Positions 13,461 to 28,009 are shown, counted from the first letter of the stretch. The stretch: 64,000 nucleotides of DNA from Octopus vulgaris (GCA_951406725.2 OX597823.1:2976001-3040000); one strand, 5' to 3'. The notes: generated by a model from the letters alone, not told the origin. Numbers and translations: made by a program.

Positions 13461-14010
13461 TCAGGTCACTTTCGAGTGCTACTGGTAACATGTAACCCAG
13501 TACAACCTGTTGCATGGTCGGGTCGTCGGCGACTAAACCGGCAACCCCACCAAGCTTGCTTGGTGAAGAGGGTGTTTATTGGACACCGCGGGATGAAAAA
13601 CAAAACCCGTCAAAGGGCGGAGGAACTCTTGAGAGTGAACGGCCATCCAATAAATGTCTTAAGGCTGTATCATGCGCGGGGACATAGAAATAATCGGACT
13701 GAATACCCGATCGCGCGGTTAAACCATTGGGAGTGAAGGACTCCTAGCCTTTGTTAGGGCATCCTTCTAGGAGAAGGTAACTCAGGTAACTGGGATAACT
13801 CCGACATAAAACCTGCGGCTCAGTGGTTACCGATGATGTTGACTTGTTCTTCTTTTCGGATTATGGCTGCTGTTGCTTAGTGAGTGGGACTGACTCAGTG
13901 CACAGCCTTTCCTCACTTTTAAAAGAATCTTTTTGCACAAGCATTGCACGTTAACAACATTGATTAAGCTTCGTGCAATGGCCATACTCGATAACGAGGG
14001 GGCAGCCACC
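13461..14010 (+). mobile_element. Non-coding GC-richer interspersed element inside (TATG)n, possibly RTE-derived non-autonomous retroposon
   Basis: Sharp (TATG)n borders on both sides; gggcatccttctaggagaaggtaactc..aaacc resembles RTE 5'UTR motifs (from memory). Confidence 0.5.
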
Positions 14011-14477
14011 ATGTATGTATGTATGTATGTATGTATGTATGTATGTATGTATGTATGTATGTATGTATGTATGCATGAATATATGTATGTATGCGTGTAC
14101 GTATGTATGTATTCTTTTATTGTGTTATTACTTCGAAGTGTTTAGTCGAACAAATCAAACCCGCTACTTATTCTTTTTTTTTTTTATTTTGTCGAACCGC
14201 TAACTTAAAGGGACGTAATAAAACCAAGACTAGTTTTCAAATAGTTGGCTGAGGGCAACACAGAAACACAACGGGTTTCTGTAGTGGAAGAAATTTCTCC
14301 AAAATGCCCTGGAAGCGAAACGAACCTGAATCCATGTTTTTGCCAAGAGAACCAAAAAAGCCCCATGTCAGCTCTGATTATGCAGAAATATGATCAAAAT
14401 TGTTCCAGCTTTTACCACACCATGTTATATTCAGGCATATATCTAATAATCCATTATTCAATATATTATTCGTCATA

Positions 14478-14709
14478 GGGCGCCGGGCTGGCAGAATCGT
14501 TAGCACGCCGGACGAAATGCTTAGCAGTATTTAGTCTGCAGCTAAGTTCCGAGTTCAAATTCTACCAAGGTTGACTTTGCCTTTCATCCTTTCGGGATTG
14601 ATTTAATAAGTACCAGTTACGCACTGGGGACGATGTAATCGACTTAATCCCTTTGTCTGTCCTTGTTTGTCCCCTCTATGTTTAGCTCCCTGTGGGCAAC
14701 AAAGAAATA
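14478..14709 (+). mobile_element. SINE family A
   Basis: Multi-copy match. Confidence 0.85.
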
Positions 14710-15060
14710 TGTATATTATTCATCATCAGATGGATTTAAGGAAAATGTGGTTTCTACTTCTGGAAGACCGACTGACCTCCTTGGTTAGTGTTGTGTTTGT
14801 TGTTGCTGGTTGTGTTATTGTCGTAGTATCTCAGGGATTATTTCGTATTTGCTGTGGTTGTTGTTGTTGATGATGATGATGATGATGATACTATTTTTGC
14901 TATTACGAAAGATACTCTTCATTTGAATTTCCAACTAGACAATGCGTGTGTACATTCACACATACACACACATACATACATACATACATACATACATACA
15001 TACATACATACATACATACACACATACATACATACATACATACATACATACATACATACA

Positions 15061-15094
<34 letters not shown>

Positions 15095-15128
15095 CATATA
15101 TAGGGAGAGAGAGAAAAAGATAGAGCTA

Positions 15129-15160
<32 letters not shown>

Positions 15161-15432
15161 AGTTGCTTCATTTATTTTACAAACAATTAATAAAAGATAA
15201 ACATTTCCGTTTATTTAATTACGATTTAAAATATTTATCGGAATAGAAAGAGAAAGTTAAACTATTTTAAATGGCGTCAATTAAAACAGGCAGATTTATA
15301 ATTAGTCTCATGTAATTATGGACAATATTCAAATGAAAGTCACTTAATTTCAGAACATTTAAAGAACATTTTTGGAAAAAGATACAATTTGTTCATCAAA
15401 TACTCCAAGAATAAATTCCATGTGACATTAAA

Positions 15433-15650
15433 AAGGCAGCGAGTCGGCAGAATCGTTAGCACACCGGATGAAATGCTTAGCAGTATTTCGTCTGTCTTTA
15501 CGTCCCGAGTTCAAATTCCGCCGAGGTCGACTTTGCCTTTCATTATTTCGCGGTCGATAGATTAAGTACCAGTTGCGTACTGAGGTCGATGTAAACGACT
15601 TACCGCTTCCTCCGAAATTGCTGGCCTTGTGCCAAAATTTGAAACCAATA
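15433..15650 (+). mobile_element. SINE family A (alternative tail)
   Basis: Same head and body; tail gctggccttgtgccaaaatttgaaacc. Confidence 0.85.
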
Positions 15651-15729
15651 TTTGTTTGAAAACCGGAATTTTCTTCAAATAGCGCCTTTACTTGAAATGA
15701 CATTGAATCTTTATTCTTGATGACCAAAT

Positions 15730-16800
15730 TATCTCGAAGACCTTCCTAGTGTTTGGGGCTGTGCAATTGTAGAATTCAGTCATATTCATGAACCTCCATT
15801 GTGCCATATTCTTCTTTTCCAGAAGAATTCTATTCGAATTCCAATTCGCTGACGTCGGCCAGATTGCTTTCCTTTACGTGAATTCCTTAGTTTCCGTTGC
15901 GATATTCTTGCCATCGTTGTCATGCTGAAAAATCCAAGACCTACCTAAATGACTCTTGGTATATGGAATCGTTCTCTTCTCCAAAATCTCCAAATAAGCT
16001 GCAGAATCCATGATGTTCTTCATCGGATGTATAGGATGACGCCCGTTCCCTTTTTTTAACCAGAACATTTGCTGCCAACATCATTAATGGACAAAATTCC
16101 TCTTGTGTTCCACATCGGTTGTACATTCAGCCGTCAGAGCTAAACAAATTCCATTTCAACACGTCCGACCTTAAGATATTTAAGCAATCGAACGACGCCC
16201 AAATTTTTGTGTCTCTGGTCCAACTGAATGAGAGAATGTCGGTTTTTTCAGGAAAATATACACTTTTTTGTTTTACGCGCAACATGTCCCAGAAAACCAA
16301 ACTACTTTAATCTTTTATTTTTTTTCACTCCTTAGACTTTGGCCATGCTGGAGCACTGCCTTGAAGAATATTAGTCAAATGAATCGACCCCAGTACTTTC
16401 TCTTCTTTTTGTAAAGCTTGGTACTTATTTTATCGGTGTCTTTTGCCGCATCACAAACTTACAAGGACGTAAAGTGGTATTTCTGTTGTTCCGAATCTCA
16501 ACAGACATCGTCCTTCGTTTCCTTCGTCAATAAACAGCCGACATACCGCTCCATCCCGTTCATTAACTTTTCAGAGCTGCCCTGGTTGAGGTATTTAGAA
16601 TTGCCAGCAACACCATTGAAGATGCTCACAGAATGTTTTGCAGCAGTCACTGAGCAGCCAGTTTCCGGCAGCTTTGCCTACCACATTCTGTGGGCATCTT
16701 CAATGATGTTCCTGGCAATTCTAAATTGTCCAAAATCCTTAAAACTTAATAAAGTTCGGTAATTCTTGATGTTTAAGTTAAGTTTTCACATTTATTCATC
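15730..16800 (-). mobile_element. Tc1-like transposase remnant with a SINE B fragment at ~16310-16470
   Basis: IMDSAAYLEILE..GRSWIFQHDNDGK. Confidence 0.7.
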
Positions 16801-16892
16801 TCAGCAGATGTTAAACAAAGTAGTTTTAAACAGTTTGTATTAAGCATCGAATATTAATGTTGGATGATTGTCTAAAATGTACTTTAAAATGG

Positions 16893-17004
16893 GTGGCTCT
16901 GAGGTAAGTAGTTTGCTTCCAAACCACATGGTTTTGAGTTCAATTCCACGGCGCATCCCCTTGAGTGGATTTGGTAAACGAAAACTGAAAGAAGCAACCC
17001 CATG

Positions 17005-17056
<52 letters not shown>

Positions 17057-17295
17057 AATAAGAATAATAAAGGGAAAAAATCATTAATGATTTTAGCAAG
17101 GGGTCAGCGTAGTAACAAAAACCTTATAGGTGAATTTTACAAATATTATAATAATTATATACATAAGCTTTTCCATGCGCTAGAAATAGACACCAAAAGA
17201 GGCTAATACTACTTTAAAAACTTTAACAACTTTTGGTGTCTACTTCTAGCGTGGCTTATAGTCAATCCCTAGTTATAAATATTTATATAATTATT

Positions 17296-17365
<70 letters not shown>

Positions 17366-17585
17366 GTGTGTGTGTGCCTTTGTGTCTATATTTGTCCCCC
17401 CGCCCACCGCTTGACAACCGGTGTCGGTGTGTTTACGGCCCAGTAACTTAGCGGTTCAGCAAAAGCAAATCGATGGAATAAGTATCTTTACAAAAATATA
17501 GTAAGCTCTAAAGCAAAAAGTTCCTCAAGGCGGTGCCCCAGCATGGCCGCAGTCTATATACTGAAATAAAGAAAGAAATAAAGGA
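16893..17585 (+). mobile_element. SINE family B interrupted in its (TA)n tract by an insert at ~17053-17290
   Basis: Head 16893-17005 and 3' half 17360-17585. Confidence 0.75.
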
Positions 17586-17823
17586 TAAACCAGATGACGT
17601 TCATATTTGTTGCTTAATTAATATGGTGATTAATTGTATTATGCTAATTAAATTTTTCATATTTAACGTGAGATTATTTCAAAAATTGAAGAGTTAACTT
17701 TTTATCCGAATATATTTTGCATCGTTAATAATTAATTAATTAAACGGAAACTAATTAACTTTTAAACATCAGAATACTTATGTCTTTCAACTAAGTGACG
17801 TCACAATGTGTTTGTATGCATGA

Positions 17824-17876
<53 letters not shown>

Positions 17877-17915
17877 AATATATATATATATATACATAAA
17901 TACATACATATAGAC

Positions 17916-18020
<105 letters not shown>

Positions 18021-18030
18021 CATGCTTATA

Positions 18031-18089
<59 letters not shown>

Positions 18090-18272
18090 ATTAGGGCTTA
18101 GCAAAATAAATTACTTTGCTACATACTGAACTTAGTAGAAATAGCAGCCAAAAAAATTTTTTTATTAGCATTTCTACTACTTAAAGAAAATTTCTCTCAG
18201 ATAATGTTTACTCCAGACAGCCCACGAAGGTTTGGGGGTAAATACAGAAAAATATCACAAGTACATAGATCG

Positions 18273-18335
18273 TTTGAGTACGTCAACGTTTCAAGATTAG
18301 CCAAATAAAATCAGCATTTCTTTCGTCAGCTCAAA
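18273..18335 (-). ncRNA. Type I hammerhead ribozyme motif (inverted copy)
   Basis: Reverse complement of 18590-18652. Confidence 0.8.
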
Positions 18336-18589
18336 ATTTCTTAATTTGGATTTGGAAACACTAAAAAGAAGGAACTTTACCTATCATCGAACTTGTCGCT
18401 TCAGATGAACCACTCCAACTAAACAGTGTCAACAAATTCAAAATGCGCAGGCGTAAAATTCTGCACTCCCTATTCCACCCACGTGGTCTATCTAGCAAAC
18501 ATTATATTTTAACCGCGAGAACCGAGGCAGTATGATCGAGAGAAATGAATTATAATATTAACAATTGAGGGTAAAAATAATTAAGAAAT

Positions 18590-18652
18590 TTTGAGCTGAC
18601 GAAAGAAATGCTGATTTTATTTGGCTAATCTTGAAACGTTGACGTACTCAAA
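18590..18652 (+). ncRNA. Type I hammerhead ribozyme motif
   Basis: tttgag-CTGACGA-aaga..tctt-GAAA-cg(ttga)cg-TA-ctcaaa: all three stems pair; predicted cut after GUA at 18646. Confidence 0.8.
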
Positions 18653-18927
18653 CGATCTATGTACTTGTGATATTTTTCTGTATTTACCCCCAAACCTTCG
18701 TGAGCTGTCTGGAGTAAACATTATCTGAGAGAAATTTTCTTTAAGTAGTAGAAATGCTAACAAAAAAATTTTTTTGGCTGCTATTTCTACTAAGTTCAGT
18801 ATGTGGCAAAGTAATTTATTTTACTAAGCCCTAATTATATAATGTAATATTTTGAATTCGCCTTAAATGGTCCTTTTACATACTGAACACTTGGTGAAAT
18901 TGATTAATTAATTTTACCCTCAATTGT

Positions 18928-18958
<31 letters not shown>

Positions 18959-19400
18959 CTGGGACGTTACTTTAATTTATAGATGTGTGTACATTGTTCA
19001 TCTGAAAAACACCTTAATTTATTTACAATTATCACATTTTGAGAGAGATATAATTATATATGAATAACATTTATCTGAATAACTTGGAACTTATTATTCT
19101 GATTATAAATTAGATATTTCACTGGAATCAACCACATTCTTTCATGTATATTTACACTTGTAAAGTTCTTCGTTTTTAAATTTCTATTCTACCCACCCCT
19201 CGTACGGGGGCGGGAGGTGGCGGTTTCTTTTCCGTACATTTAACACTAAGGTTGATTACTTGCTGCACCGATTATCTCTGTTATCATTATTGTCCATTTT
19301 CTAAAGCTAGGAGCAAGAAAGAACTTCTTATACATGCACACACATACACTCACACACATATATATACATATATATATATTCATGTTTGTATATATAGATA

Positions 19401-19459
<59 letters not shown>

Positions 19460-19547
19460 GCTTCATACATATATACATCTATATATATATATACATCTAT
19501 ATATATACATCTATATATATATATATATACATCTATATATATATACA

Positions 19548-19649
<102 letters not shown>

Positions 19650-19713
19650 GGTCCCGGGTTGATTCGGGGTTAACCACAGTAAGTAAGGTACTCAATACAT
19701 AGCAGAGTAAAAT

Positions 19714-19826
19714 TAATTTATTATATAGAAGGAGCTTCTACAGGACTAGTATGTTTCATTCAAGAGAAATCTTCTGAAGATTTCTCTTGAATGAAACAGT
19801 ACTAGTCCTGTAGAACTCCTTCTATA

Positions 19827-19836
<10 letters not shown>
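19714..19836. repeat. Near-perfect 123 bp palindrome centred on a hammerhead-like core
   Basis: ~61 bp arms, 1-nt loop at 19775; CTGAAGA-t-ttc(tctt)gaa-t-GAAA. Confidence 0.85.
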
Positions 19837-19866
<30 letters not shown>

Positions 19867-19902
19867 GAGGAATATTATATATATATGATATAATATATAT
19901 TA

Positions 19903-19962
<60 letters not shown>

Positions 19963-20441
19963 GTGTGTTTGCATTGAAAGTTAAAAATACTTCCATTTTT
20001 TTTTACTGGTGAAATCACCATTGTTAATATTAAATAGAAATTAGCTTAAAATTAGAATAAGAGAGACAGGGTGTGTATGTGTGAAAGAGAGCGAGGGAGA
20101 AAGACAAGGAGAGACGAGGAGAGTGGGCGAGAGAGGAGGAGAGGAGAGGAGGGCGGAAGGGATGAGATGAGGCAGAAGAGAAACAGAGAATGTGAGACGC
20201 GGAAGAGAAGAGTGAGAGGATATTCTGACGGCAGGTTGGGTGGTTAAGAAGGAAAAGAGGAACTGGTGGGGAGGAGGAGGCAGAAGACCGAAAAATAGCC
20301 AGATGAGAGGAATGAAAGGAGACGATGAGAGGGAGAGAGGGAGAGGAGAATGCGAAAGAGATGAGATAGATAGATAGATAAATAGAGAGAGAGAGAGAGA
20401 GAGAGAGAAAGAGGTGTGCTTTCTATGTATCTATACATTTA

Positions 20442-20476
<35 letters not shown>

Positions 20477-21362
20477 GGAGCAAGAGAGATCTGAAAGGTG
20501 TATATAAAGGTCTACAGAGTGAGAAATAGAGGGAAAGAGACCAAAGGGAGAAAGAGAGAGAGAGAGAGACAGGGTGAGGGAGAGCACGAAATTTTGTGTG
20601 CCCTATGCGTATACAGGTGTTTGGGCATGAGTGTATGTGTATATGCATATATATCATGTGTGTGTGTGTATAGACATACATATATACATAAATATACATA
20701 CATATAAATACATACATATGTATAGAGACATATGCATATATGTGCATATAGATACATGCATACATACATATAGATATATATATACACATACATATATATA
20801 TATATAATATACATATATACACATATATAAATATAAAATATGCATACATATATATATACATATAGAGAGAGAGAGAGAAAGAGAGAGAGATAGATACATA
20901 CATACATATTTAATATCATCTGGGCAATAACCTCATATGTATGTATGTATGTATGTATGTGTGTGTATGTATGTATGTATGTGTGTATGTATGTATTTTG
21001 TGTGTATGTATATAAACATATGTGTGTAGTAGTAGGGAGGGGTGAGACTGTAGCTGCTATAAATAGCAGAAGATGAAGTTACAGAAACAATGGTTATATA
21101 ATAGATGCAGAGTGAATCTGGCGGTGGAGGCAGTGGCAGGGGTGGAGTGGAAGTGGTAAGGGTGGTGGGGGCGGTGGAGGTGGTGGAGGCGGCGGCGGAG
21201 GCGGTGAAGGTGAAGGTGAATGGGTGTAGTAAGGGTGGATTGAATGGGTGGAGGGGTGTTGTTAAGGTGCTAGGGGACGGGGAATAATGACTAGCTGCTC
21301 TGGTAGGAGACGGGACAGGAAGGTTTGGATTGGCGGAATGAAAAGAAAGAAGGAAAGAAGGA

Positions 21363-21438
<76 letters not shown>

Positions 21439-23037
21439 CTTTATGAAAGAAACAAAATGAGAAAGAAAGTAAAATAAGAAAATAGAGAGAAGAAAAGTAA
21501 AAAGAGATTGTATGAATGAAAGAAATGAAAGAGATAAGTAAAGATGAAAGAAATGCAACGATAAAGGTGTGAACGAGTGAATGAGAAAAATAAAAAGAAA
21601 GAAAGAAAGATTTTGAATGTCATCAGAAAAGCAGAGGTTTTTCGTCGACGGAATGTTGTCGGTTATATAGACAATAAAACTGGCCTGGGTTGTTAGTTTA
21701 TCTAGAAAGGATGGAGTCAACCTCTTCCCCTATACCCGGGCAGGATCAGGACTTGAAGAGGGATTTGATTAAATACGGAAAGGTATTTTTGTCTGTCCTT
21801 CTGTCGGTTCTGTCCTACAAGAAAAGAAAACAAGGAATCAATTAAAAAAGCGGGAAAACAAGGGAGGTAATAAAGGCTATGAGCATTAAGTTGATCCACC
21901 TCTTGCCCTCATTAGTTTCTCTGTCCTCACCAATTCAAACGTCGTCCTATCACCTTTTTCCCCTTCTCCTTCTTCTCCATTCTCGTGATGATGATCATCA
22001 TCATTACAGCGACCTCTGCCTCCCGGAATCGACATGCTTGAAGCCAGTTTTAACATTGCTGTGAACAGCATTTAGTCGCGAGTTGTTGGAGAACGGTGAT
22101 TCTGGTTTATCGAACCACAGTCATCGTTAGAATACAGAATATTTTTCCAAAATACCATTAACAATATAACTAGGAAATGTGTCTGGTGTAAATGTTGGTA
22201 GTTATTGATGGTGATCCCTTTAAGACGGTTATCAGCTGAATATGTCAGCCGAGATGTGGGTCAGATCGATATAAGCTGTGCAAAAACGAGTAAAATCCTT
22301 CATGGTAAAAAGAATATAAATGTAAGAAGTGTGGTGGGGTTAGATTTAGGTTTAGCGTGTGTTGCCGGGGGGGGGGCTGGGATTTGTAGACATGGTCTAT
22401 CTAGACGTTAATACAAAAGGTTACAATGGAATAACCAATTGTGAGCATCGACAAAGAAAGTATCGATACAAGGAACATAAAGTGTAACGTTATTTCTGTC
22501 TGTAACCAATCAGATGGTTATAGAATTATATTCACGAGAACATGATTATGTCGTATTATTCTTGTCGCGGTTTACTGTCGCACTGCTGAACCCTTTCTCC
22601 ATGAACCAGTACTGTTACTTCAGATTCCAAGCAGGGACTTATACGCTTCATCACATTATGTAAACACGAGCTCTATCCACTAAAAGTGATACAGAGGTCC
22701 TGTAAACAGATGTTAGATTAGTATTAACTGACGACGTGTAACAAGGCCGAAACATGGTGAGTTTTCGCTGTACCTAGCAAACATCAAACTCACCTCTCCA
22801 CTAAATATCTCTCAAGTTTAATCAATTTAAATTTCGAAGTTCTCTTCCTTGCCTTCCTTCACAAGAATTGTCATTGACACTAATGATTTCCCTTCTCGTT
22901 ACATTTTGACTTCCTACATTCAATAGGTTAGATCTATATTAAACTATACAGTTCACATCAATTAAAAGGTTCGTGTGCTGACTACTTTTGATGGTACATA
23001 AAGCGACATTCGTCTTCATTCTCTCAGCATGATCATA

Positions 23038-23040
23038 TTA

Positions 23041-23072
<32 letters not shown>

Positions 23073-23465
23073 CATTGTGTACAGTGCTCAGGTGCACTAC
23101 AACTCATCTAAAGTGTATGTATAATCAGGTGTAGTTTCGGCGGATTTCGGAAAGCATGAGGGCCTTAAAGGATGCAATGTCATGGCAGTCAACAACTGAC
23201 GCAGGCAGTTTGCTCCATACTTCAGCAACTCTGAGCGTGAAAAAATGTTTCCGAAAGTCATGGGAGCTGTGTTGTTTTCTGACTTTGTAGGCATGTCCAC
23301 GTGTGTTAGACACATGGAGATCAAAAAGGTGTTCAGTGTTGTTGTTGGTGAGGTGGTTGATAACTTTGTGGGTGTTTACCAAGTCCATTGCCACACGCCG
23401 GAGCTTCAGTGAATCCATGCCCAGGGAAACAAGGCGCTCAGAGTATGGTAGGTGTCTGATGGAGG
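23038..23465 (-). mobile_element. CR1-clade LINE 3' fragment with (TAT)n tail
   Basis: LRRVAMDL..TRGHAYKV..RKHFFTLRVAEVWSKLPASVV..FK. Confidence 0.85.
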
Positions 23466-23821
23466 GTATGGAGGGTACAATATATTAGTATCACCATCGG
23501 TCAGTTGAAGAATTAAGGATATTTTGGCCTTACATTTCCTACCTCATTATACTCTATAAAATCAACTCTCTAAATGGACATGAATTTGTAAATAATCACG
23601 GTTCAGAATATTTGAAATGATGATCCGTATAAAATTGAAGGCACAGTACTTTGCTGTAGTGTGACAGAAACATGTACAACTACAGTTTCTGAATAGAATT
23701 AGAGCCGACCCCCATCCCCGCTCCATAGATAAAGGACTAAAAGTTTGCCACTGTGGCGGTGTGGGGGGGTCAACGCGTTCTTTTGTCGCTGCAATTCACT
23801 TTCGCTATTTTGAAAGCAAAT

Positions 23822-23823
<2 letters not shown>

Positions 23824-23899
<76 letters not shown>

Positions 23900-23961
23900 A
23901 TAGTAGTAGTAGCCGCAGCAGCAGTAGTAGTAGTAGTAGTAGTAGTAGTAGCAGCAGCAGC

Positions 23962-24002
<41 letters not shown>

Positions 24003-24015
24003 AAGAAGCAGCAGA

Positions 24016-24080
<65 letters not shown>
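23824..24080. repeat. (TAG)n/(CAG)n tract
   Basis: Direct reading. Confidence 0.95.
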
Positions 24081-24081
<1 letters not shown>

Positions 24082-24287
24082 TCCTTCTTTCTGTATATCA
24101 AAGTTAACGCTGTCCCTTGTATCCTCATTCAAGACATCTGAATAGTGCTTTGAACGATATTTGCTTGCTATTTTCAGCAGGTCGAGTGAACATGTCGAGG
24201 CTCTCTTTTCCCTTTGATCACTCTTCTTCGTTATTTGTTCCAGCAGAAATATTGATTCAATACCAAAATATTGAATCAATAATACTT

Positions 24288-24466
24288 TCAAATTTTAACA
24301 CAAGGCCAGCAATTTCGGGGAACGGGTAAGTCGATTACACCGACCCCAGTACATAACTGATACTTAATTCATCGGCCTCGAAAGGATGAAAGGCAAAGTC
24401 GCTCTCGGCGGAATTTGAACTCAGAACGTCAAGCCCGGCGCACTAACGATGCTGCCAGCTTGCCGA
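24288..24466 (-). mobile_element. SINE family A
   Basis: Multi-copy match. Confidence 0.8.
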
Positions 24467-25007
24467 CATTTCCAATGCCAAAACATTACCCTTATTAACA
24501 TCTTGATTGGATCAGTGTAATTAATTATATTTGGGAATAATTATTTTTATTCCAGCTTGTCTTGCTGTTCTTGTTCTTATTACCTCATTAAGCAATAATT
24601 CTTCAACTTCCGGTCAATGAATTCGTTACCGGAAGTAATATTGTTACTTCTCTATAATCATTGGTTGGTTCTGTTTTTAATAGCTGAGGGGTTTATTTCC
24701 AGCCATACTGAGGTTTCTGCTCGTAGACTTTACCATTCTTTTTTCAATACTTTTGGTTAATTTTACTTCCATAAACAATTGTATTTGTTATCCATTTCTT
24801 CCTGTTTAATATAATTTAGAACTCTTTCTCGATGTGGTTTACTTACGCCAATATCTTCTTCGGTATCCGTCTTTTTAATATTGTACCCAACTGCAACCCG
24901 GACAAGATTCAACCAGAAAACTATGAGGACGGCTGAAGTTTTAAATGAATAATGACATAGAGTAAATTCAAACTCACCTCCTCTAAATATGATTACAACA
25001 TTAGAAT

Positions 25008-25357
25008 AGGCGCAGGCGTGGCTGTGTGGTAGGAAGTTTGCTTCCCAACCACATGGCTCCGGGTTCAGTCCCACTGCGTGATAACTTGAGCAAATGTATT
25101 CTGCTATAGCCTCGTGCCGATCGAAGACTTGAGAGTGGATTTGGTAGACAGAAACTGTAACGACATATGTGGGGGGGGCGTTGACACCACCATCACCACA
25201 GTTGACGACCGGTGTTGGTGTGTTTACGTCCGCGTAACTTAACGGCTTGGAAAAAGAGACCGATAGAATAAGTACAAAGTACTAGGGTCGAATCATTCGA
25301 CTAAAAATTCTTCAGAGGCAGTATTCCAGCATGGCCGAAGACTGAAACAAGTGAAAA
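25008..25357 (+). mobile_element. SINE family B
   Basis: Multi-copy match. Confidence 0.82.
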
Positions 25358-25962
25358 ATAAATTAACTAAAAAAGACATGGAAGCCGACAATGTCTTTAA
25401 GGAATTCGATCCCACAAACGACTGAGTCTTTGGTGTTCTGACGCGAAACGAAGGCGGAAGTCTTATGGTCTGGAGATGTCATCCATTCAAAGCAACCGTA
25501 CTAAACTGTCCAACCTGTTGTGCAACGACAGAATTTCATAAGTCTTGATCGTCTGCAATTTGAAAAAGCTGCATTCATAGCCCTCATTGCTTATTGGCCA
25601 TGTTACAGCAATTTGAAACAGTTTGAAAAGTTCAAAGCAAGCATCTTTGTAGGGATGCGTAAACTCAAGTACTTTTATCAGAGTTCACAATGTATAATTT
25701 TCGTTCGATGGAACACTTTTCAATTGAGCAGCTTCCATTTGGGTGGTCAGAGTTCAAGCCGATCTGTCATCAATGCTGAGTAACTGGTCATGATCAGGGG
25801 ATTCAGTTGGGAAAGTCTTTTTTCATAGAGCTTCCTTCTGATGAACTGGATGAATTCTTAGCACGCCTGGCAAAATGCTTAGCAGCATTTCTCTAATTCA
25901 AATTTTGTCAAGGTCGACTTTGCTTTTCATCGTATTGGGGTTGATGAACAAGTACCATTTGA

Positions 25963-26489
<527 letters not shown>

Positions 26490-27559
26490 GTGAGTACCGG
26501 AGTCGGTGTAATCGACTTACTCACTCCCCCGAAAAGGCTGGCCTTGTGCCAAAATTTGAAATCGATATTATAGCGTTCTGACGGAAAGCAATTTCGGAGC
26601 TTTCAACAAATGAAAGACTCCTTCGGTTGCAGGATCTCGACCACTCTTTGACGAAACTGATGCCGCCAGATAAACGCAAAATAGCGGAAGAGTACCGACG
26701 CCTCCCATGTAAATACAGAGGGAAAAAAACGCGTTGCAAACGAGGGATGAATGGGGTATCCACGGGGTCACATTAAAAGCCTGGGTATGGTTACTGGGAG
26801 ATGGAGCAATACCGGGACTTGTTCTGGCCTAGTTCTGTTTCAACAAGTATTCCTCATTATTTGAGCCCGAGTCAAATGAGTAGATGAGGGGCGACGACGA
26901 CGACGATGACGATGATGATGATGATGATGATGATACTGTTGCTATTGTTTCTGCTGCTGTTGTTGTCGTTGATTTGTTTGCCCTCTTCTTGCGAAACTAT
27001 CCTCAATTGTTTTAGATTACTTCCATGGTTCTCCTAAAATATCCACACAACATTTCGTTTGTCTTTTTACCATTTCACAAAGAAAGTAACAAATTAGCGG
27101 CCATTTTAAGTTCCACAGTTGATGATTTGACTTCGTTTTCAGAAACTGTTTCCGACATATTTGCAGCATGATAATTGCATTAGCCACAGCTTCAATAATT
27201 TCATGAATTAATTAAATTTGGAAGTGATTGCCATAGATGGAAGAATACGATAAACACCTGTAGAAATGAGGTGGTAAATTCTAACACTGGCACTCTTCTC
27301 TTCCGTAAGAAAGCACAAGACAATAAGTTCGACTCTAAACGAAAACGATTTTCTGCAGAAACCAAAGCAGCACCGAGACAAATCGGAAAATGGGCATGGA
27401 AGGATTGGCCAGAGACGAGACTGTTCGAAACAATGAACACAGCATTTGTACGAGCTTTGGTCAAACACTAACGGCGCTGCTAGTATAAAAGCAGAACTAC
27501 ATTTCAATTCGGATTTTGATTTCATTCGAAGTATTCTCCTTTTTGAAGCCATAGACTTG

Positions 27560-28009
27560 CATTGATAGAAGCATCCGTGGAACTCTTCGTTTGGGATAGC
27601 AAACAGTTATTTCGTCGCATTCTCTTGGATTTCCACGACGTCTTGACATCTTATTGGGGGTCTTCCACTGTGAAGACTAGGACTTCGTTTCGGGGCCATA
27701 GCCATTGATCATAGCCATAGACCTACGATTCGTCTCCTGTTGTGAGCGTTTTCAAAAGGATTCTGTCATTCTCGGTATAAACCAGGAGATCCTGCGCATC
27801 TGAAGCCCGACCTTCTTTTTGAGACAACCGCACACTACACACTATGCTTGCAAGCACTGCAATACACAACGGAAATGAGCGACAACGTTATAACTTAGTG
27901 CGCATGTGTGACAGAGTTGAAGGACAATCTGTGCCAAGCGTCTTCGGTCTACATACTTTAGCTCCGTTACCATAGCAACAGTCCCGATACATTTTGATCA
28001 AATTTCGTA
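27560..28009 (-). mobile_element. Mariner remnant
   Basis: LTTGDES*VYGYD..PETKS*SSQWK; TIR-like end near 27980-28009. Confidence 0.7.

Larger units (their letters stand above)
18082..18933. mobile_element. Non-coding foldback element in (TA)n with 265-bp inverted arms (18082-18346 / 18579-18843), PLE pLTR-like
   Basis: Arms differ at about 4-5 positions; an extra short IR joins 18553-18585 and 18900-18933. Confidence 0.85.

Noticed and set aside
22728-22760. ctgacga..gaaacatgg hammerhead-like string
   Set aside because: Stem II and stem I do not pair and there is no UH after stem III; at most a decayed relic
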